The notes below the pieces were generated by a model. That model was not told the origin of the DNA, made no database searches, and saw only the letters and a list, made by a program, of their open reading frames with translations. A stretch of 64,000 nucleotides of DNA from a virus (lineage: Duplodnaviria; Caudoviricetes). Shown in pieces: positions 45,629 to 55,276 of this stretch (positions within the stretch are counted from its first letter, which is position 1; every line of letters begins with the position of its first letter). The position numbers were made by a program, and so were the translations under genes. The stretch spans positions 692-64,691 of IMG/VR virus record IMGVR_UViG_3300046782_000291. The stretch is one strand, 5' to 3'.

Positions 45629-46531
45629 TTAGAACGGAGCCTTGCCGCCGCGCGGCGTGGATGCTCCGGCATCCACCTCGTCATCGTCTGACCCAGCTTC
45701 ACGGTCGATGACGATGGTCTTGTCGGACAGGTCCTGCGCGTATTCCATCGCCTTGCGATACCAGGTCGGTCCAGGCTCATTGGTCGGGACATAGCCCACC
45801 TGGTCGATGACCGGCACGCCGTACACGCCACCCTCCTTGCCCGGCACCGGACGGGTGCGGATCGAGTAGATGACGCCGTAGATGGGCACCGACTGGTCGC
45901 CCTGGCTCGCGTGCATCTTGATGAAGCCGTTCAGGTCCGTGACGGCACGGCGATTGTCCTTGTTCGAGTGCTTGATACTGATGGCCACCGGCACCGCGTC
46001 ACCGTTGCCGAAGAGGAGCAACGAGATGTACTCATCGAACATCGTCGCCTTCGGCGCCAGCCGCGTTCCGTCCGGACCCGCCGTCCAGTTCAGCCGTTCG
46101 TCCACGAACTTCCCACCACGATACGCGGTCGGCACGTTCATGTCGATGATGCCACCACCTTCCTTGCGCGGTCGGAACTCAATGGCCTTCACATCACGAC
46201 GGACGGGAATGAAGAACAACGGCCCATTGCCGTAGATCTGCTTGGTCGAGTCGTTGAACATCTGGGTGACTTCCAGCCCAGGGATGCGCTTCTCACCGGG
46301 CAGGACCTCATCCGAGGTGCCCTGGGCGATGACCAGCCTGGGCAGTCGAATCTCGTGCGCGCCGATATCCTCGGTGCCGCTCTTGTCTCCCGAGGGAATG
46401 AAGTCAGGCCGGTTGTGGAAGCCGAGTTCACCTGCGTCGATGATGAGCGACATCGCATCGGTCTGGTCGATGACGGCGAGGGCTTGCTTGACGGGTTCTG
46501 GTTGTGTTGGTTTCTTTGCCACTGTTTCCAC
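45629..46531 (-). CDS. Putative ssDNA-binding/replication protein
   Basis: PRL.I.Q..S motif; acidic tail ending in PF; next to replication genes. Confidence 0.55.
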   Translation of the reverse strand: METVAKKPTQPEPVKQALAVIDQTDAMSLIIDAGELGFHNRPDFIPSGDKSGTEDIGAHEIRLPRLVIAQGTSDEVLPGEKRIPGLEVTQMFNDSTKQIYGNGPLFFIPVRRDVKAIEFRPRKEGGGIIDMNVPTAYRGGKFVDERLNWTAGPDGTRLAPKATMFDEYISLLLFGNGDAVPVAISIKHSNKDNRRAVTDLNGFIKMHASQGDQSVPIYGVIYSIRTRPVPGKEGGVYGVPVIDQVGYVPTNEPGPTWYRKAMEYAQDLSDKTIVIDREAGSDDDEVDAGASTPRGGKAPF

Positions 46532-46593
46532 CTTCTCTGTTCGGTTGTCTATCGTCAGTTTGTGATTGGTCCCGACACCCTCGGGACAACGGG

Positions 46594-47142
46594 TCAGTCG
46601 TCGTCGTCCTTGCCTTTGCTCCCTGCGCGGCGTGGGACGACCTTCTCAATCAGCTGCGCGGCTGTACCCTCGGGCACCGTCGCACCAGCCAGGAGCCGTT
46701 CCTTCACGATGGCGTTCATCCGAGTGGGCCACAACTGGAGTTCGTGACCCAGCCCATTCTTGATACACCAGAGACGGAACTGTTCCTTGTCCACCACCTT
46801 CCCTTTCGGCTCGGATCGCACAAACACCGAGTCACCCGTGGACAGCTTGACCTGGTTCGGCTTCGCGCCGTACAAGCCCCATCCGGCTTCCGCCCGGTTG
46901 GCGGATTCGATGAGCAGCTGTTCGATGGCGTTCAACGTGATTTGGTTCGCATAGCGTTCTTCCTCGATGCGGTCATCCACGTCGCGTGCCGCGAAGTACA
47001 GCGCAGCGAGGGCTTCTGGATTGATGTCCGTGGCCGCGCTGAGCCGTGTCTTCTCTTCGACAACCTTCAGTTGGTATGCGGTATCCTCCGGTTCTGCCTT
47101 CTTGAGTGTCTTCTTGACCTCGTCATACTTGCCTTTGGCCAT
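46594..47142 (-). CDS. Conserved phage replication-module hypothetical protein
   Basis: Coiled coil plus D.E.F..W...NG...L.....A.VKE.L..G..VP.G pattern. Confidence 0.6.
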   Translation of the reverse strand: MAKGKYDEVKKTLKKAEPEDTAYQLKVVEEKTRLSAATDINPEALAALYFAARDVDDRIEEERYANQITLNAIEQLLIESANRAEAGWGLYGAKPNQVKLSTGDSVFVRSEPKGKVVDKEQFRLWCIKNGLGHELQLWPTRMNAIVKERLLAGATVPEGTAAQLIEKVVPRRAGSKGKDDDD

Positions 47143-47214
47143 CCCACGTCCTTCTCTCGGAGCGTTCCGAGGAGCCGAGTCTACTAAAATCGAGGGTGAA
47201 TAGCGACCGTAAAA

Positions 47215-48840
47215 TTACTCATCCATCAGCAGTTCGCGCCACGCGCTAGTGGTCATATCCGCCAGACTCTCTTTGGCCATCAGTGTCGCGAGGACCTTAT
47301 GGTCAATGGTCTTCTGGCCCTTGGGTCCCGTCGCAATCAGGTCGAAATAGCTCACCGGTTGCGTCTGGCCTGGACGGTGTACGCGGTCTTCGCTCTGGAG
47401 CCGCGTGCCATAGCGGTAGCTGTTCGACATGTACAGCACCGTATGCGTCGCGACGAGGGTGAGCCCACGACCACCCGCCGCTGGATTGCCCACGACCACC
47501 ACTGGACCCGAGGGTGCCGTGTCTGGGCTGAGCAATCGTTTTGCGGCTTCGCGCTCCTCCTCGGGTTGTCCACCGTAGATGCCACCCACGTGGATCGTTC
47601 CATTGCGGAACGTCTTCAGCTCAGCGATGGCTCGCAACAGTTCCGGACGGAACGTACACCATACCAACAGCTTGAAGTTCGGCTCCTCTTCCAGCCGGTC
47701 GGTGAGCCATCCGAGGAAGTGGTCCAGCTTCTCCCGCCCCACTTCCTGGACACGGTAGTCTTTCTGCGGGATGACGATGGCGTCCGCAGCCTGTTCCCAT
47801 GACTCGCCATCGATGTCGTGGGTCACGCCTGGAATCATCGCGTCCTGTTGTACGAGGTCGATGTCCTCGACACCGCCCACGAAGCCGTTGGTGATTTGCG
47901 CGAGCCGCATGATCTTCGTGATGACCTGGGGAGACGTGGACATCGAGGAGTCGCTCAACCAGACCATCATCTCATCGCGCATCTTCTTGTAGACCGTCCA
48001 CGTCTCGGTGGTCAATGGAACGGTCATCACGACACTCGGCAGTTTGGCCGGAAGGTCCTTGAGACAATCGGTCTTGAGCCGTCGAAGGACGTAGGGTGCG
48101 AGGCGTTTCTGGAGGTCTGGGATGTTCACCCAGCTGCCTACGGTGCGAATGGGGAAGCCTCGTGGACTGGTGAGCGGTCTCCCGCTCTGGCTCAGCACCG
48201 GCTTCATGATCGCGTAGCGGAGACAGAACTGGGTGTACGACTTGCACACCAGGATGTTCTGGCTCATCAGGTTCGCCTGGCTGAACAGGTCGCCCACCGA
48301 GTTCTCGATGGGTGTTCCATTGAGCAGCACGACACGTCCGCACTTCGCTCGCAGCTGGACGCACGCTGCCGTCTGTTTCGACTTGTGGCCTTTCACCGCG
48401 CTGGACTCGTCCAAGACGAGGAGCGTGCGCGCCGTCGCATAGGGCATCAACGTCGCGAGCCGTTGAGAACTCCGCCCGATGAACTCATAGTTCGTGATGA
48501 TCCACTGGAGCCGTTTGTCCGTCTCTGGGCCCCACATCCACCCTCGGAGTCGCTGGTGGTATTCGAGAATCTCTGCCGAGACACTGGACCATAGGTGCTT
48601 CGACAGTTCTCCGAACTCCGGTTCATACCAGACGCCTCGCACCGCTGCCGGCGCAATGACGATGGCGCGGTCGATGAGCCCTCGCATCCACAGGACCATC
48701 GCCGCGTCGATGACCTGTTTCGTCTTCCCCACGCCCATCTCGTCTGCGAGGAAGAAGAACGGCTTGGCCACCAGGCGCTCAATGCCCATCAGCTGATGTT
48801 CGTAGGGTGGGAGTCTGGCGTGTTCGAGTTCGGGAATCAC
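47215..48840 (-). CDS. SNF2-family helicase
   Basis: ADEMGVGKT, NYE, LDES, LNGTP, RRLK, GLTL and QSEDRVHRPGQ motifs; probable GTG start at 48840. Confidence 0.9.
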   Translation of the reverse strand: MIPELEHARLPPYEHQLMGIERLVAKPFFFLADEMGVGKTKQVIDAAMVLWMRGLIDRAIVIAPAAVRGVWYEPEFGELSKHLWSSVSAEILEYHQRLRGWMWGPETDKRLQWIITNYEFIGRSSQRLATLMPYATARTLLVLDESSAVKGHKSKQTAACVQLRAKCGRVVLLNGTPIENSVGDLFSQANLMSQNILVCKSYTQFCLRYAIMKPVLSQSGRPLTSPRGFPIRTVGSWVNIPDLQKRLAPYVLRRLKTDCLKDLPAKLPSVVMTVPLTTETWTVYKKMRDEMMVWLSDSSMSTSPQVITKIMRLAQITNGFVGGVEDIDLVQQDAMIPGVTHDIDGESWEQAADAIVIPQKDYRVQEVGREKLDHFLGWLTDRLEEEPNFKLLVWCTFRPELLRAIAELKTFRNGTIHVGGIYGGQPEEEREAAKRLLSPDTAPSGPVVVVGNPAAGGRGLTLVATHTVLYMSNSYRYGTRLQSEDRVHRPGQTQPVSYFDLIATGPKGQKTIDHKVLATLMAKESLADMTTSAWRELLMDE

Positions 48841-49004
48841 TAGGTTTTCTCCTTCTGCGCCTTCTTCACGGGCCACTCCCACGACACGCCGTCGAAGGTG
48901 TTGCGCCCGTCGTGGGTTCGGTCGTATTGCTTGAGCCACTCCTCGGAGATCTGAGTGCGTGATCGGACCAAGGATTTCAACAACGAGATCCATTTCTTCA
49001 ACAT
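48840..49004 (-). CDS. 54-aa hypothetical protein (not in ORF track)
   Basis: GAGGAG RBS; MLKKWISLLKSLVRS... Confidence 0.45.
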   Translation of the reverse strand: MLKKWISLLKSLVRSRTQISEEWLKQYDRTHDGRNTFDGVSWEWPVKKAQKEKT

Positions 49005-49025
49005 GGTCTCCTCCTCTTGCCATAG

Positions 49026-49628
49026 CTAATAATCCCTGACCTCCCATATGATCGTGTTCCGTCTCGGAAGCACGCCCACTGGGCATGAGAACGCTGCCAG
49101 CTCTATGGCCGCCTCGGGATACCACTGGAGTAGTAGCATCACGTCTTCGAAGGAGGCAGGATCCAGACATCGTCGCAGCGCCATCATCGTCTGGAGATAG
49201 CCCATCGGCTGGTGGTAGCCTGCCGCCATCGTCCACCGCATCGGCGGAAGCCCAGTGGGATACCCGTTCTTGGCGAGGGTCTCCAGGTCTGCCACGGTCA
49301 TCGTGGCGCGTTCACAGAAATACCCTTCCAGCCCCTTCTCCGTCCGCACCATCTCGCCCTGGAGGATGGCGCTCAGGTTCGGCACCGCGCCGTCCATCAT
49401 GAACGTGTACCCTCGGGCACTCCATTCCTGCGCGGTGGCGTGTGCTTGGTCCCGAGGGACAAGACACCATGCGCCCTTTGCACCCTTCGCCGTGTTGAGT
49501 TGGCGGAAGCCGATCATGGGAACGCCTGACGCATAAGCGTCATCGACACTATGCCATAAGAGGGTGCGGTTGCCGAGTCGTTCTTGTTCCCAGAGGGTGA
49601 AGAACTCCCGTTTGTTCTGAATCTTCAT
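49026..49628 (-). CDS. Hypothetical protein coupled to the hydroxymethylase gene
   Basis: ATGA overlap; ends IIWEVRDY. Confidence 0.65.
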   Translation of the reverse strand: MKIQNKREFFTLWEQERLGNRTLLWHSVDDAYASGVPMIGFRQLNTAKGAKGAWCLVPRDQAHATAQEWSARGYTFMMDGAVPNLSAILQGEMVRTEKGLEGYFCERATMTVADLETLAKNGYPTGLPPMRWTMAAGYHQPMGYLQTMMALRRCLDPASFEDVMLLLQWYPEAAIELAAFSCPVGVLPRRNTIIWEVRDY

Positions 49629-50680
49629 CTCATCCAACGCCGTTCCAGCCACTCGATGCCGGCACAGGTCCAATCGTAGTGGTTGGTGGAGGACCGTTCC
49701 AACATCTCGATGGCGTCTCGGGTCTCCCCATCTTTGTGGAGCCGGTGCGCCATGAACATCTGCATGATCGTCTTCGCCCACGGCTCGTCATACTCCCGGT
49801 AGTTGCCCATATCGGCACTCTCCAGGAGTTGCCGGACGGCTTCCACGTGGTCGTATCCGAAGAGGGTGGGCTGGAACAGCTTGACCGGAAACAACAACGG
49901 CTTCACGGCATCCATCGTCGTGTAATAGTCGCCATGGTCTGCCGGCTTGTGTCTCAGGTCCTTCACCTTCTCCAGCGTGGTGAGATACCCGTGCCAGTTC
50001 ACGCTGATCTGGGTGTAGGTTCCAACCGGCACGCCGATCCAGAGCGCCATGTATTCGAGGAGCATACTGAAGTGGACCGCGTTTGCGCCGTAGGCACCCC
50101 AGACGATGTCGTTGGACCGACAGAAGACGACGAGGTGGAGCCGTCCGTCCGGACCGATCTGGAAGGTGGCCGTGTCGTTACAGGGCAGGTCCTTCCCTTG
50201 CCGGCCCAGGTCGAGTTCGGCAGACCACATCTGGAGGACGCATCGACGGTCGGTGGGATCGTGGGTGAGCTGTTGCGCGATGATCGCCAGCTGGTCAAAG
50301 GGCTTCCGGAACTCATACGCGCTGGCGCCTTGCGCGGACCGAGCCTTGAACGCCTTCCGCCAGCGGTAACCATACGCCCCATGCAGCGTCTTCCCGTCGT
50401 CGCTGAAGTTGTTCATGTTCGAGGAGTAGCGTGCCGGCCCAGCCACGTCATTCCGGCCAGCTAGCATCCACAGCGCTTCGTACAGATGGAAGAACGGATT
50501 GGCGTCACGCTCCGGCCAGAACATGACCCGCTCGCATGGATGGGTGTAGATGGTCGCCACCGGCACCGGAGCCTGGAGGACTGGGCCGTTGCGCGAGTCG
50601 CGTTTGATGCCGACCTCGTACAGCAGCCGAACGGCTTGAGGGAGTGCCTGGTGGACGTTACGCACGTGGAGTGTGATCAT
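49625..50680 (-). CDS. Thymidylate-synthase-fold enzyme, probable dUMP hydroxymethylase
   Basis: SRNG, ANPFF, GAYG.RW, DLPCN, RSND..WG.YGAN and H.Y motifs; cluster context. Confidence 0.85.
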   Translation of the reverse strand: MITLHVRNVHQALPQAVRLLYEVGIKRDSRNGPVLQAPVPVATIYTHPCERVMFWPERDANPFFHLYEALWMLAGRNDVAGPARYSSNMNNFSDDGKTLHGAYGYRWRKAFKARSAQGASAYEFRKPFDQLAIIAQQLTHDPTDRRCVLQMWSAELDLGRQGKDLPCNDTATFQIGPDGRLHLVVFCRSNDIVWGAYGANAVHFSMLLEYMALWIGVPVGTYTQISVNWHGYLTTLEKVKDLRHKPADHGDYYTTMDAVKPLLFPVKLFQPTLFGYDHVEAVRQLLESADMGNYREYDEPWAKTIMQMFMAHRLHKDGETRDAIEMLERSSTNHYDWTCAGIEWLERRWMR

Positions 50681-51062
50681 CGCTAGTTACCCTTTTCCGT
50701 CTACCCATATTGAACTTCGGATTCTTCCATGCATTGATGGTGCCTTCGCGTTGTTTCTCCCTTGCCAGTCTGGCCCTTTCAGGGTCATTGGGCGGAAAGA
50801 ATTTGAGGGGCAGTGTCGGGTCTCTCAGATAGTCAGCGGCTCGGATTAACAGCCGTGGGTTGTCTCTGAACCCACCAAGACCAATGTTACACCCGTTGCA
50901 CAGAAGACCTCGAACCATTCCTGTCTCATGGTCATGGTCTATACAGAGTCCAATTCCTGTTGGTACACCACCGCAGATATCGCAAAGACCTCCGGTCTCC
51001 CTTTTGTACTCATCGATGAACTCCCGTTGGAAGGGAGCCAGCTTCTGCCTCCTAGACATCAT
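50658..51062 (-). CDS. Endonuclease VII-like (probable homing) nuclease
   Basis: CDICG...DHDHETGMVRGLLCNGCN.GLG.F.D. Confidence 0.88.
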   Translation of the reverse strand: MMSRRQKLAPFQREFIDEYKRETGGLCDICGGVPTGIGLCIDHDHETGMVRGLLCNGCNIGLGGFRDNPRLLIRAADYLRDPTLPLKFFPPNDPERARLAREKQREGTINAWKNPKFNMGRRKRVTSDDHTPRA

Positions 51063-51601
51063 CTACCCTTCCATTGGACTTGGCTTCCGGCTTTACGCCA
51101 TAACAACTCGACGATGCCGTAAGGTTGTGTACCAGATACGTCTACCATATCATTCCAATCCAGTGCTGCTTCTATAGTTGCCCAACTAGTCCAATAATCG
51201 AAGAAGCCTGCACCTTCATAGATCCCTCCTCCATGGCCATGACAAAACTCTGAGTGAGCGCTGCGAGGGTGAAGTCCAAGAAACAAAATGGGCAATCCAT
51301 ATCTCTCACTAGAGTCGTCTTTGCTTGCTGGGTGACCTGATAGCTCAAACTCCTTGTGAACCTCTAACGGCTTCACTTCAACAAAGAAGGAATGACCGCC
51401 CCCGCATTCACTATGCCCGCATCCAAATGTCATGCGAAAATCAGGAACCCAATCTCTGAAATCTACGGGTTCGTATTCCCATTGCCACCCACAAAGATCG
51501 AACATAGCTGCCCATCGTGCTTCGAGACGGGAACGAAATTGTACTCCAGCATATATCGTTGGATTCGCCTTAATCAAACCTTGTGTAATCACCACTATCA
51601 T
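51059..51601 (-). CDS. PD-(D/E)XK-like nuclease
   Basis: Y.G..FRSRLEARWA..FD....WEYEP...W.PDF...VEVK. Confidence 0.7.
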   Translation of the reverse strand: MIVVITQGLIKANPTIYAGVQFRSRLEARWAAMFDLCGWQWEYEPVDFRDWVPDFRMTFGCGHSECGGGHSFFVEVKPLEVHKEFELSGHPASKDDSSERYGLPILFLGLHPRSAHSEFCHGHGGGIYEGAGFFDYWTSWATIEAALDWNDMVDVSGTQPYGIVELLWRKAGSQVQWKGR

Positions 51602-51891
51602 CCTTGGTGAACAGAACTCGGAAGCCGTGCCGGACTGGACACGACCACCAACGCTTCAAACTCGATGTTCCGCTGCCCGGTTCGACGTTCGGTGAACGCC
51701 AGCGGGAACCGAACCAACGCCATACCCTCGCATCCCTCCCATCCTGGGGCAACCTCGACCACGAGACCGACGTGCCCCACGAGGCTGCGCCGGTCTTCTT
51801 CCGACTCGCCCGAACCCTCCCAGGCGTCCGGTACACTGTCTACTCGCACGTAGTCACCCAGATGTGGATCCACACGCATTGGATAGCCCAT
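51598..51891 (-). CDS. Hypothetical SH3-like protein
   Basis: GGAG RBS, TAATG junction; GD.VRV...VG.VG.V pattern. Confidence 0.5.
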   Translation of the reverse strand: MGYPMRVDPHLGDYVRVDSVPDAWEGSGESEEDRRSLVGHVGLVVEVAPGWEGCEGMALVRFPLAFTERRTGQRNIEFEALVVVSSPARLPSSVHQG

Positions 51892-52769
51892 TACGCTCCT
51901 CCGTTGTACTTCGCTCTGGGTGTGCCCTCGTTGAACTTGACGCGGCAATACTTGTCGAACTCGCACAACGAGTGCTCGATGTCCCGCATCTCGAAATGGG
52001 GAAACTGAAGAGGTTCCCCGGAGCTAACTGGATGGATGAAATCGGTCTCCAACTCGATTCCATGGCGCAACAGATGGCGCATCGAGTCGATGGCCTTCGC
52101 GTCTGGCTTGGACGCCATCCTCAGTCGCTGGAGTCCACGCTTGGCGCCGGGCCCAGGGTTCGCCCACGTCATGATATCCGAGGCGTCTTCCAGGAGCCGT
52201 GTGTGGCGGTAGTCCGTCACGATCTCATAGGCCATGAAGCCACCGATGCTGTCCACGGTCCGAAGGACGTTGAACACCTCCTCCAGCCGGTTCGATGTCC
52301 GTGCGGTCACGGCAAGAGTCTCCCGGAGGTTCCACAGGTCCGTACAGACGTCCACGATGGCGTCGATCTTCGGCAGGCCTGGTCGAGAGTAGACGATGTG
52401 TGCGCCTGTGAATACCTGTTCACCCTCGTCCAGCGCCGCAGTCAACATCTCGATGACCGCCTGCGGGTTCCAGTCGTCCTGCCAGCCGAGCCGCTCACCG
52501 GTGCCCCACCAGTTGAACATCCTGAACCAACCGCAATTGAACGCGAGGAGGGCTGGATCATCCCAACGATGCGGCGTGAGGAAGTTCTCACGCAGCCAGA
52601 CCGTGCCCGTATCGTTCTCCCGGAACGGATTGGTGAATTTGTACGACTGGAGGATGGGATCGTCCGTCCACGGCTTCGGATGACCCGCCTGTCGCTTCAA
52701 GTAGATGCGATGGCGCTCTGCAACCCAATACCAGAACAACGATTCAGGAGCCGTCGTCAAGTCACGCAA
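51891..52769 (-). CDS. aGPT-Pplase1 / 5hmdU-kinase-associated helical family protein (base hypermodification)
   Basis: ERH.I...R..G...PWT.DPIL..YKFTN..RE.D, F.AYE...D, GPGA.RG and EH.LCE..KY motifs. Confidence 0.8.
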   Translation of the reverse strand: MRDLTTAPESLFWYWVAERHRIYLKRQAGHPKPWTDDPILQSYKFTNPFRENDTGTVWLRENFLTPHRWDDPALLAFNCGWFRMFNWWGTGERLGWQDDWNPQAVIEMLTAALDEGEQVFTGAHIVYSRPGLPKIDAIVDVCTDLWNLRETLAVTARTSNRLEEVFNVLRTVDSIGGFMAYEIVTDYRHTRLLEDASDIMTWANPGPGAKRGLQRLRMASKPDAKAIDSMRHLLRHGIELETDFIHPVSSGEPLQFPHFEMRDIEHSLCEFDKYCRVKFNEGTPRAKYNGGA

Positions 52770-53274
52770 CGCTCACCTCATTCCCAAGACATGTCCAGCC
52801 CTCACGCGTCTTGCGCGAGAACAACTCAGCATACGGTCCTGCTCGCAGTGTCTCCACAATGGTGTAGAACTCCTCGGGCTTCTCCGAGTGCCGGCCCACG
52901 ACGGCTTCAAACGTGGACCGCACCGATTTGTCCAGCGTCTCTGGCTTCCCTCGGACGCCAATGAGACACGTCTCGTGCTCTGCGCGAACGGTGCGCCCCA
53001 TCCCAAACCAACGCTTCCCTCCCGAGGTGCGTTTCAACCAGACCAGTTCCGTCTTGAGCGTGAAGCCCCACGCGTCCATCACGCTCAAGGCTTCCTGCTG
53101 CATCGAGGAGACCCGCCACAAGAACAACGTCGCGTTTGGCGTCATGGGTGGGATCGAGAACCGCATGATCTCCTCGACACTCATCGTCAAGTAGTGCTTC
53201 GCGGCACCTCTCGCTGGGCCCGGCAGCGAGTCTCCGAATTGCCACGGTGGGTCCGCCACGAGCACGCTATACAT
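52762..53274 (-). CDS. MT-A70 family (N6-adenine-type) methyltransferase
   Basis: ADPPW, HY.TM, LFLW, WGF, GMG...R...E, HSEKP and ELFSR..R.GW...GNE motifs. Confidence 0.9.
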   Translation of the reverse strand: MYSVLVADPPWQFGDSLPGPARGAAKHYLTMSVEEIMRFSIPPMTPNATLFLWRVSSMQQEALSVMDAWGFTLKTELVWLKRTSGGKRWFGMGRTVRAEHETCLIGVRGKPETLDKSVRSTFEAVVGRHSEKPEEFYTIVETLRAGPYAELFSRKTREGWTCLGNEVSVA

Positions 53275-53833
53275 CGTCCAACCCGAGGGCGGAGAGGACC
53301 GCGACCAACGCCTGTTCGCGGCTGAGCCACTTGCAGTCTACGCCCGCATCCTTCAATCGCGGGATCATCGACTTCTTCAACCGGTCCAGACGGCTGATGG
53401 TGTTCTTGGGATTCAGTTCCCGGTCATCCCCACGTGTGTCGCGACGGGACTGGATCCCTTTGAGACACTCCTCGATGGGTGTCGAGAGGGCGATGACCTT
53501 GAGCGGTGGATGCGCCTTCGAGAGTTCGACGCATCGCCGCACGTCGTCACCGATCATGATACCCTCGTACAGAACATCGCAGCCGTTCTGGGCCGCTGCC
53601 GTGACCAATTCGTACACCATGTCCGGCTTCTGGATCGTATCGCAACCGCCGGTCGGTGTTTCGTAGTGGCCTGGGACGTACAGCGGGGGCTTGAACTCTC
53701 GGGTACAGAGATACGCGAGTGGTTGCTTGCGCCCGTCGATGAAATGTGGCGTCCGTCCAGGATACTTGGACATCACCGTTCGCACCAGCGTGCTCTTGCC
53801 ACTCCCGCCCGTTCCTCGGAGATTGATAATCAT
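53267..53833 (-). CDS. P-loop kinase, probable 5hmdU DNA kinase
   Basis: IINLRGTGGSGKST, G.Y....GGCD, VLYEG and TP.E.C...I..RR motifs; cluster context. Confidence 0.8.
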   Translation of the reverse strand: MIINLRGTGGSGKSTLVRTVMSKYPGRTPHFIDGRKQPLAYLCTREFKPPLYVPGHYETPTGGCDTIQKPDMVYELVTAAAQNGCDVLYEGIMIGDDVRRCVELSKAHPPLKVIALSTPIEECLKGIQSRRDTRGDDRELNPKNTISRLDRLKKSMIPRLKDAGVDCKWLSREQALVAVLSALGLDDV

Positions 53834-55197
53834 CGCACCACCTTCAGGTTCCACGGCTTCCGGAGCATTGGGAGTCTCAACGCCGGAGCCGAGGTCAAAA
53901 TGTCCGAACCACACAACGACTCCTCGTGCCCATCACCGCACCGCAGACAGCCCGAGGGTGGACAGACCTCCATGGGCTCAAACCGTCCTGGTTCGACACG
54001 ACGGTGCATCGGGACGCGATGCCCGTGACACTGGTCAGCGGTCAAGAACTCCGGACCCATCGAGGTCCACCGCCCGGTCTCCGGATGCTTCGTGTATTCA
54101 TAGCACAAGGAATACGTCATGCCCAGCTGGGTGGCCTTCTTCTGGTAGCGGGCATGGCCTTCGCGTCGATACTCCTCTTGGATGGACTTCTGCCCGCCGC
54201 ACTGGTTCTCGGTGAACAGTTCCGCGAACCTGTCGCCGCGTGGCCCTGGGAACTTCGCCTGGATGCGCTGGACCATCGCTCGCGCCCACGCGTGTCCGGC
54301 TTCGACGAACTTGATGATGACGTGATTGTTCCCCACCGCTGCCAGCCGCTCGAACAGCCGCTCCACGTCCTCATGGTCCACCACTCCGGGCACAATCGGA
54401 TTGCACTGGATGGACGTGTAGATGCCCGCCTGGCGGAGCACTCGAATCTCTTCCAGGTGCTCGTTGAGGCTGATCGCTCCGGGAGAGAGTCGATGCCACG
54501 TGTCTTCGTCCGAGGTGTTGAGCGACTTCTGCGCATAGCTGTACTTGTTCTGGCGCAGAAGGTCGATGGCCCACCCAGGGTAGTGGAGACGGCTGAGGAA
54601 GAAGACCGGCAAACCGGCATCCACGAACGCCTGCGCGCCCTGCTGGGTGTTATGGTAGTAGTCTTCAATCGAGAGGAACGGATCGATGAATGAGCTGAAG
54701 TAGCCTGCCGCGCTGACTTCCATCGACCTGAGTTGCTTCGCGACGTGCGCGCCGTAGTCCGTGGGGACGGTGATGAGCCCACTTCCCCGATACCCTCGGG
54801 TGCCGCTATTGATGTAGCAGAACTGGCATCCCACCGTGCAATACCCGCCGTAGGGTTGCGTCAGGATGGCGTCCGTCTCGCATGGCCGGTCACGGCTTCC
54901 CGCGTTCGCGCCGTCGTCCTTCCCGCTGTACCAGCCTTGCAGGTCCTTGCCCTTCGCCTGGCGGATGTGAGGCGTGGGATCAAGGTACACCGTGGTCTCG
55001 TGGCGCTCGGTGGCTCCACGAATCATGGCAATACGCGCCCACCGCTGCTTCATTACCCGTCCAGTCACCTCGTCGTGTTTCTCCTCGATAGGTCCGAGGA
55101 ACTCACGCATGTCAGGATCGACGCGCATGAAGTAGGCGTAGGTCTCCTGGAAGTCTTCTTGCTCTTTGTCCGGGTTGTAATCCGTTTCCGCTTGCAT
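53830..55197 (-). CDS. Radical SAM enzyme (base-modification isomerase-like)
   Basis: CTVGCQFC (CxxxCxxC) plus a C-terminal Cys cluster. Confidence 0.85.
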   Translation of the reverse strand: MQAETDYNPDKEQEDFQETYAYFMRVDPDMREFLGPIEEKHDEVTGRVMKQRWARIAMIRGATERHETTVYLDPTPHIRQAKGKDLQGWYSGKDDGANAGSRDRPCETDAILTQPYGGYCTVGCQFCYINSGTRGYRGSGLITVPTDYGAHVAKQLRSMEVSAAGYFSSFIDPFLSIEDYYHNTQQGAQAFVDAGLPVFFLSRLHYPGWAIDLLRQNKYSYAQKSLNTSDEDTWHRLSPGAISLNEHLEEIRVLRQAGIYTSIQCNPIVPGVVDHEDVERLFERLAAVGNNHVIIKFVEAGHAWARAMVQRIQAKFPGPRGDRFAELFTENQCGGQKSIQEEYRREGHARYQKKATQLGMTYSLCYEYTKHPETGRWTSMGPEFLTADQCHGHRVPMHRRVEPGRFEPMEVCPPSGCLRCGDGHEESLCGSDILTSAPALRLPMLRKPWNLKVVR

Positions 55198-55276
55198 GGT
55201 GACTCCTTCTGTGTCCGAATATCCAGAACATCGTGTCGTGGTCGATGAGGTCCCAATGGTCGAATGTAATCATGCC

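Noticed and set aside
48841-49236. N-terminal extension of the SNF2 ORF
   Set aside because: Overlaps two better ORFs; an RBS precedes GTG 48840
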